NCBI GenBank assembly: GCA_965223415.1 | Contig: OZ245002.1 | Span: 512,001-576,000, forward strand | Length of the DNA stretch: 64,000 nt | Reading direction: 5' to 3' | DNA from: Myxococcota bacterium | GTDB taxonomy: Bacteria; Myxococcota_A; UBA9160; UBA6930 | In this document: positions 58,341 to 64,000 of the stretch, piece by piece | Layout of the letters: every line of letters begins with the position of its first letter | How positions within the stretch are numbered: position 1 is the first letter of the stretch | Made by a program: the position numbers and the translations under genes | Notes under the pieces: generated by a model | Databases searched by the model: none | Told to the model about the DNA's origin: nothing | What the model saw: only the letters and a program-made list of their open reading frames with translations

Positions 58341-60323
58341 TCAGGGTACCCCGGAACGCGGCGCCAGGTGCTCCTCGAAGAAGGCCGCCAGCCGGGTGTA
58401 GAAGCGGATGCGGTTGGACTCGAGGAGGAGACGATCGGTCTCGTTCTCGAACTCCAGGTGATCGACGACGGCGCCGGCTGCGCGGAGCGCGCGGGCCATG
58501 TCGCGAGAGTGGCGGGGGTGGACACGCGAGTCGTCCGCACCGTGGCCGAGCAGGACCGGCACCTGGACTTCGGCGACCCGCCGCAGCGGCGAGTGGTTGC
58601 GAAGGAACTCGCGGTCGTCCCTTCCCTCCCCGACCAGGGCGCCGTGCCATTCGTGCCGGAACTCGTACCACTGGTCGTCCCCTACGAGCGTTTCCAGGTC
58701 CGAGACCCCACCGAGGCTCGCTCCAGCGCGGTACTGATGCGGCGTCTTCACGAGGCCGAACAGGGCAACGTGGCCTCCGAAGCCCTCGCCAAAGATGCCT
58801 ACGCGATCCGGGTCCGCGACGCCGCGGTCGATCAGATGCCGGACGCCGTCCGTGACGTCGTCCTGGATGCGGCGACCCCACTCCCTGCGGCCCGCGTGGG
58901 CAAACACGCGTCCGAAGCCCTGCGATCCCCGATAGTTGACCTGGAGAACGGCGAACCCGCGGCTTGCGAGGAGCTGGACCACGGGGTCCCAACGGATCCA
59001 CTCGCGGCTCCAGGGATCCGCCCACGGGAACCCCTTGGGCCCGCCGTGGAGCACGACGACCAACGGAAGACCCGAGCTCCCGTGGCCCGTCGGGAGGGTC
59101 AGATAGGCCCGGATCGAGAGGCCGTCCGTCGCTTCGTAGTCGATCCGGCGCGTGGGAGAGAGGCGGTCGTCCGGCACGTCCGGCCAGGGTTCGGTAAGTG
59201 GCTCGAGCCGCCGTCGGGCCCGGTCGAACGTGTAGTACATCGGCGGTCGCGTGGGTCCCCCGACCCAAGCCAGCCACACCGCAGCGTCCGTGGTCACGTC
59301 GATCCAGAAGATTTCGACGTCCTCGTCACCGAACGCTCGGCGTACGGCCCGGTGGATCCGCCCGAACTCCTCATCGAGCGGCTCGATTCGGGCCCTGTCG
59401 CCGATGAAGCGCACACCCAGCAGCCGCTCCCGGCTCCGATCGAAGGCGAGCGATCCTGCATCCACCTCGGGATGGGAGAACAGGCGCCGGCCGATCTCGC
59501 CGGTCGAGATCGACATCTGGTGGACCGCCACCCGACCCTCGGTCGACCTCCCGACGAAGATGCGATCGGGGTCGCTGGACGAGAAACCGAGGAGGCGCAG
59601 TCCTTCCTCTTCGATCGCACGGTGCCGACCGATCTCGACGAAGTCCTCCTCGACCGAGCGGCGGACCCATAGGAAGGACTCCTGGTCTTCGCCCCCTCGG
59701 CCCGCGCGGACCCCTCCGGCCGCATCCACGAACCACTCGAAGATCGGTCGCTTCGCGACCTGGCGCATGGTGAGAGCGCCTGTCCGGACGTTCATGGCGC
59801 GGATACTCCGGTAGCGGGAATACGGGTCCCGGTACTGCATCAGCACGTGCTCGGGATCGTGCGGAAGCAGATGCACGACGCCGTCCTGGAGAAAGGCCTG
59901 CAGCTCCTCCTGTCCGTGGAGCGGCCAGCGCTTGCCGAGCCAGTCGAAGTCGCTGCCGTCGGCGTCGATTCCGAACAGCCGAGTGGAGCGGCTGCGCATG
60001 CCGACGGAGGCCAGATTGCGAGTCTCCGCACTCAACAGGAGACGCTCGCCGTTCGCCCATTCCAGCCAGCGGAACCGGTAGGCCGGGTCCGTGAGCTTCG
60101 CGATGGGCCGGAGCTTGCCGCCTGCAGCGTCCCGCACGAGCAGGAACTGGTCGTCCCCCTTCGAGTGCAGGAGCGCGACCTTCTTGCCATCCGGCGAGAA
60201 ACGCGGCGAGGAGAAGACCGGATTCGAGAACAGGGCCTCGACGGAGATCGGCTCGGGGCGCTCGGCCGCCGCTCCGGCGGCGAGGAGAATCAGGCTGAGC
60301 GCGGCGAGCGGGCGAACCAGCAC
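58341..60323 (-). CDS. Secreted S9 (prolyl oligopeptidase-family) protein, probably catalytically inactive
   Basis: Propeller-like region plus HGGP, NYRGSQGFG and DPDRVGIFGEGFGG (Ser replaced by Gly). His motif appears as ETDR. Confidence 0.8.
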   Translation of the reverse strand: MLVRPLAALSLILLAAGAAAERPEPISVEALFSNPVFSSPRFSPDGKKVALLHSKGDDQFLLVRDAAGGKLRPIAKLTDPAYRFRWLEWANGERLLLSAETRNLASVGMRSRSTRLFGIDADGSDFDWLGKRWPLHGQEELQAFLQDGVVHLLPHDPEHVLMQYRDPYSRYRSIRAMNVRTGALTMRQVAKRPIFEWFVDAAGGVRAGRGGEDQESFLWVRRSVEEDFVEIGRHRAIEEEGLRLLGFSSSDPDRIFVGRSTEGRVAVHQMSISTGEIGRRLFSHPEVDAGSLAFDRSRERLLGVRFIGDRARIEPLDEEFGRIHRAVRRAFGDEDVEIFWIDVTTDAAVWLAWVGGPTRPPMYYTFDRARRRLEPLTEPWPDVPDDRLSPTRRIDYEATDGLSIRAYLTLPTGHGSSGLPLVVVLHGGPKGFPWADPWSREWIRWDPVVQLLASRGFAVLQVNYRGSQGFGRVFAHAGRREWGRRIQDDVTDGVRHLIDRGVADPDRVGIFGEGFGGHVALFGLVKTPHQYRAGASLGGVSDLETLVGDDQWYEFRHEWHGALVGEGRDDREFLRNHSPLRRVAEVQVPVLLGHGADDSRVHPRHSRDMARALRAAGAVVDHLEFENETDRLLLESNRIRFYTRLAAFFEEHLAPRSGVP

Positions 60324-60333
60324 CCCGCCGAAC

Positions 60334-60816
60334 CTAACACGCCCCGGCGAGCTCCCGCACCAGCTCCGCCAGCTCGCCGCTCCCGACGAGGCCCCGCAAC
60401 GGGTGATCGTCGTCGCGCTCGACGAGGCGGACGAGTCCGGGCGTGCCGGAGCGCGCGAGGACGCGGCTGTCTTCCGGGTCGATCAGGTCGTCCCGCAGGC
60501 CGTGGACGATCCAGATCGGAACGCCTTCCGGCAGCTCGGCGGGCAGACCGCGCCGGAGCGCAGCCTGGGCCAGGAGCAGAGTCGGCCCCGCCCAGAGGCC
60601 ACGTTGGAGCAGCGCCACGGCGACGGCTCCACCGAAGGACGAACCGACCAGCACGTCCGGCCGGAAGCTCGCGACGACTTCGGACTGCTGCACCACGCAG
60701 CCCTCGAAATCGCTCGTGTCCATGGCCGGCGTGAGCGCTTCGAAGTGCTCCGCGAGGAGCGTCGCCTTCGCGCTCTGCGGGCTGCTCTCGAGACCGTGGA
60801 CGAAGAGGACTCTCAC
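60334..60816 (-). CDS. Small alpha/beta hydrolase (YqiA/YcfP-like)
   Basis: HGLESSP, GSSFGG, HGLRDD and DDH motifs. Confidence 0.75.
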   Translation of the reverse strand: MRVLFVHGLESSPQSAKATLLAEHFEALTPAMDTSDFEGCVVQQSEVVASFRPDVLVGSSFGGAVAVALLQRGLWAGPTLLLAQAALRRGLPAELPEGVPIWIVHGLRDDLIDPEDSRVLARSGTPGLVRLVERDDDHPLRGLVGSGELAELVRELAGAC

Positions 60817-61592
60817 TCCGGCGTGACGTACGCCGCCGTGATCCCCCCGTCGACGAGGAAGGTCGAGCCGGTCACGAACGACGATTCGTCGGAGGCCAGG
60901 AACACCACCGCCCGCGCGATCTCCTCCGCCTCGCCGAAGCGCCCCATCGGGATGTGGACGAGGCGGCGGTTCCGCTTCTCGTCCGTGTCGAGGTACTTCA
61001 TCAGCAGCTCGGTGCGCAGCGGGCCCGGGCAGAGCGCGTTCACCCGGATGCCCTCCCGGGCGTGGATCACCGCGAGCTCCCGGGAGAGGGCCAGCACGCC
61101 GCCCTTGCTGGCGGTGTAGGCGAGCTGCGGCGTGGCGGCGCCGAGCACGGCGACGAAGGAGGCGGTGTTGATCACCGAGCCGCCCCCGGCCCGCCGCAGC
61201 GCCGGGATGCCGTACTTGCAGCCGAGGAAGACGCCCTTCAGGTTGACGTTCATCGTGAGATCGAAGACGGCCTCGTCGGTGCTCTCGGCGTCGCCGTCGT
61301 CGATGTGGGAGATACCGGCGTTGTTGAAGAGCACGTGCAGCGCGCCGAAGGAGCGCTCGGTGGCGGCGACCATGCGCTCGCAGTCGGTCGCCTTCGACAC
61401 GTCGGCCTGCACGAAGAGCGCCTCGGCGCCGTCCCCGCGCAGGCGCTCGGCGGCTGCGCCGCCCTCCTCCTGGTCCAGGTCGGCGAGCACCAGGCGGGCC
61501 CCCTCGGCGGCGAAGGCGCGGGCGGTCTCGAAGCCGATCCCCCGCGCCGCACCCGTGACGAGCGCGACCTTCTCCGTCAGCCGATCCGCCAC
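60813..61592 (-). CDS. SDR family oxidoreductase
   Basis: TGAARGIG, NNAGI, YTASK and NALCPG motifs. Confidence 0.9.
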   Translation of the reverse strand: MADRLTEKVALVTGAARGIGFETARAFAAEGARLVLADLDQEEGGAAAERLRGDGAEALFVQADVSKATDCERMVAATERSFGALHVLFNNAGISHIDDGDAESTDEAVFDLTMNVNLKGVFLGCKYGIPALRRAGGGSVINTASFVAVLGAATPQLAYTASKGGVLALSRELAVIHAREGIRVNALCPGPLRTELLMKYLDTDEKRNRRLVHIPMGRFGEAEEIARAVVFLASDESSFVTGSTFLVDGGITAAYVTPE

Positions 61593-61595
61593 CGC

Positions 61596-62639
61596 TCAGC
61601 CGCCGATCCGGTACATCTCGATGCGCTCACCGGCCTTCCGGGGCCCGGCCTTCTCCGAGCGCTCCTCGGAGTAGCGGTCGGTCCGGGCCCGCCAGGTGCC
61701 GGTGATCAGATCGCGCAGGGTGGCGTCGCTGACGCCGGCGCGCAGCGGGCCCTTCAGATCGCGCCCGCCCCGGGCGAAGAGACAGGTGACGAGCTCGCCC
61801 TCCGCCGAGAGGCGCGCGCGGGTGCAATCGCCGCAGAAGGGTTGGGTGACCGAGGCGATCACGCCGATCTCGCCACCGCCGTCCCGGTAGCGCCAGCGCC
61901 GCGCCACCTCGCCCGGGTAGTTCGGCTCGGCGGGCTCGAGGGGCAGCTCGGCGTCGACGCGCTCGACGATCTCCCGGGCCGACTCCACCTCCTCGAGCTG
62001 CCAGGCGTTCATGGTGCCGACGTCCATGAACTCGATGAAGCGCACGATGTGTCCGCTGCCGTGGAAGTGGCGCGCCAGGGCCACGACGTCGTCCTCGTTC
62101 GCGCCGCGCCGCACGACGCAGTTGATCTTGATCGGGCCGAGGCCCGCCGCCTCGGCGGCGGCGATGCCCGCGAGCACCTGCTCCGGCGTGCCGCGTCCGC
62201 CACTCATGCGCTGGAACACCTCGGTGCGCAGCGAGTCGAGGCTGATCGTCACCCGCTGGAGACCCGCCTCAGCCAGTGCCGCGGCGTGGTCGGGAAGCAG
62301 CACGCCGTTGGTGGTGAGCGCCAGGTCCTCCACGCCGGGGATCGCGGCGAGCCCGGCGACCAGCTCGCTCAGGTTGGAGCGCACCAGCGGCTCACCGCCG
62401 GTGATGCGCAGCTTCGCCGCGCCCAGCCCCACGGCCAGGCGCGCGACGCGCAGGATCTCCTCGAAGCGCAGGATGTCCGGCCGCGGAAGGAAGCGGTAGT
62501 CCTCGCCGAACACCTCGGCGGGCATGCAGTAGGGGCAGCGGAAGTTGCAGCGATCCGTGACCGAGATGCGCAGGTCGCGGAGCATCCGCCCGCGCGTGTC
62601 GCGAAGCCCCTCTCCGCCATGGCCGCCCTGGCCGCTCAG
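61596..62639 (-). CDS. moaA: GTP 3',8-cyclase MoaA (start uncertain: CTG 62639 or ATG 62585)
   Basis: [43 protein letters not shown] and C-terminal MYRIGG. Confidence 0.9.
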   Translation of the reverse strand: MSGQGGHGGEGLRDTRGRMLRDLRISVTDRCNFRCPYCMPAEVFGEDYRFLPRPDILRFEEILRVARLAVGLGAAKLRITGGEPLVRSNLSELVAGLAAIPGVEDLALTTNGVLLPDHAAALAEAGLQRVTISLDSLRTEVFQRMSGGRGTPEQVLAGIAAAEAAGLGPIKINCVVRRGANEDDVVALARHFHGSGHIVRFIEFMDVGTMNAWQLEEVESAREIVERVDAELPLEPAEPNYPGEVARRWRYRDGGGEIGVIASVTQPFCGDCTRARLSAEGELVTCLFARGGRDLKGPLRAGVSDATLRDLITGTWRARTDRYSEERSEKAGPRKAGERIEMYRIGG

Positions 62640-62989
62640 TCGGCGTAGCCCCACTTCTGCTTGTTCGCGGCGACGTCCTCGGTGGAGGGCGTCGGCTTCT
62701 CGGTGACCTCGGGCACCGCGAAGGTGTCCTTGTCGTCGACGATCTTCGCGTTGAGCGCGGTGTCCTCCGCGAACACCTCGGGCACGCGCTCGTCCTCGAA
62801 GATCGCCTCCCACGGACACTCGGGCTCGCACACGCCGCAATCGATGCACTCTTCCGGGTCGATGAAGAGCTGGTTCGGGAAGGTGGTCTTGTCGTCTCCC
62901 GTGTACTCGTAGATGCAGTCGACGGGGCAGACCTCGACACAGGCCTGATCCACGCAATCCCGACAAAGACGGGTCACTACCCAGGGCAT
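62636..62989 (-). CDS. fdxA: 7Fe-type (FdxA-like) ferredoxin
   Basis: [18 protein letters not shown] and [17 protein letters not shown] motifs. AGGAGA RBS. Confidence 0.8.
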   Translation of the reverse strand: MPWVVTRLCRDCVDQACVEVCPVDCIYEYTGDDKTTFPNQLFIDPEECIDCGVCEPECPWEAIFEDERVPEVFAEDTALNAKIVDDKDTFAVPEVTEKPTPSTEDVAANKQKWGYAD

Positions 62990-63068
62990 CGTCTCTCCTC
63001 AGATGGGCCGCCCGGCCTTCTCTCACCGGGCGGCGGGATCCTAACCCCTCGTGGCGGCTTGGGGAAGG

Positions 63069-63101
63069 AATCTTGACTGATTGGTCGCGTATTTCTACCC
63101 T
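63069..63101 (+). promoter_or_regulatory. Sigma70-like promoter overlapped by an IscR/Rrf2-like box
   Basis: TTGACT (63073)-N17-TACCCT (63096). AATCTTGACT-GATT-GGTCGCGTAT at 63069-63092. Confidence 0.5.
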
Positions 63102-63136
63102 GCCCGCCTCGTCCGGATCTTCCCAAGGAGGCCGCC

Positions 63137-63454
63137 ATGAGCGACGCCGCCCGCGATCGCATTCAGAGCCTGGTGGACGGAGAACCCGTCGTCCTGTTCA
63201 TGAAGGGCAACCGCCAGATGCCCCAGTGCGGCTTCTCGGCCCAGGTGGTGCAGATCCTGGACACGCTGGTGCCCGACTACACCACCGTGAACGTGCTCGA
63301 GGATCCCGAGATCCGGCAGGGCATCAAGGACTTCTCGAACTGGCCCACGATCCCCCAGCTCTACGTGCGTGGCGAGTTCGTGGGCGGCTGCGACATCATC
63401 AAGGAGATGTACCAGTCCGGTGAGCTCCAGCCGCAGCTGCGCGGCGACGGCTGA
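63137..63454 (+). CDS. grxD: Monothiol glutaredoxin, Grx4 family
   Basis: [19 protein letters not shown] and GGCDI motifs. AAGGAGG RBS. Confidence 0.92.
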   Translation: MSDAARDRIQSLVDGEPVVLFMKGNRQMPQCGFSAQVVQILDTLVPDYTTVNVLEDPEIRQGIKDFSNWPTIPQLYVRGEFVGGCDIIKEMYQSGELQPQLRGDG

Positions 63455-63476
63455 GCCCGCCGCGAGGATCCGATCC

Positions 63477-64000
63477 TTGGATCCCCAGCCTGCCGCACCC
63501 GCCGTCTTCGACGTCGGCGACGAGGGCTTCGTCGCCGAGGTGCTGGAGGCGTCCCACCAGGTCCCGATCGTCGCGGACTTCTGGGCTCCCTGGTGCGGGC
63601 CGTGCAAGGCCCTGGGACCGATCCTCGAGCGATTGGCACGGGAGTCCGGCGGCGCGTTCCGCCTCGCCCGGGTGAACGTGGATGAGGCGCCCCAGGTCGC
63701 CGCGCAGGTGCAGGCCCGCAGCATCCCGCTGGTCGTGGGCTTCCGGGACGGGCGGGCCGTCGCCGAGTTCGTCGGCGCCCAGCCCGAGAGCGCCGTGCGC
63801 CAGTTCCTGGAGCAGCTCCTCCCCAGCGAGGCGGACCAGCTCGCCGACGAGGGGCGCGACCTCCTCACCGGCGCCCAGCCGGGGGCCGCCGAGCAGCGGT
63901 TCCTCCTTGCCCTGGAGGCGGAGGACCGCCACCCCCGCGCGCTCCTCGGCCTGGCCCAGGTGCTCGCCGGGCGGAGTGACACCGAGGCCGCCCTGGAGGC
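63477..64000 (+). CDS. Thioredoxin-TPR co-chaperone (YbbN/CnoX-like), 3' truncated; not in the ORF track
   Basis: From TTG 63477 it reads ..VPIVADFWAPWCGPCKALGPILERLA..FVGAQPESAVRQFL, then helical TPR-like sequence. Open to the window end. Confidence 0.8.
   Translation, partial: MDPQPAAPAVFDVGDEGFVAEVLEASHQVPIVADFWAPWCGPCKALGPILERLARESGGAFRLARVNVDEAPQVAAQVQARSIPLVVGFRDGRAVAEFVGAQPESAVRQFLEQLLPSEADQLADEGRDLLTGAQPGAAEQRFLLALEAEDRHPRALLGLAQVLAGRSDTEAALE

Overview
A very GC-rich, gene-dense bacterial chromosomal segment with about 58 CDSs. I found no rRNA, tRNA, CRISPR array, integrase or transposase. The gene content suggests a Myxococcota/Deltaproteobacteria-like lipid and aromatic degrader (inference only). 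Metabolism: many catabolic enzymes (acyl-CoA ligase, flavin monooxygenases, SDRs, Zn-ADHs, hot-dog thioesterases, CoA-transferase, thiolase-like, amidohydrolases, sulfotransferase/DUF1214). Transport and envelope: a XylFHG-type sugar ABC transporter, a MacAB-like exporter and a giant DUF1302-like outer-membrane protein. Signalling and cofactors: a REC-PAS-GGDEF-EAL protein, a SelD fusion and an Fe-S-related group (moaA, ferredoxin, grxD, thioredoxin-TPR). Main highlights: (1) a hidden AhpD-like selenoprotein at 34536-35600 that the ORF track splits at an in-frame TGA (C-F-Y-U-x-x-x-H) followed by a SECIS-like hairpin, with selD about 15 kb away; (2) a coupled diheme CcP/MauG gene and beta-helix/blue-copper fusion gene; (3) two long REP-like palindromes bracketing a two-gene block; (4) an intact S9 peptidase lacking its catalytic Ser and His; (5) pervasive TAnnnT boxes just upstream of start codons, suggesting leaderless mRNAs; (6) an IscR/Rrf2-like site between the ferredoxin gene and grxD. 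All family calls come from recognising motifs by eye, not from database searches. Many starts were trimmed relative to the ORF track.
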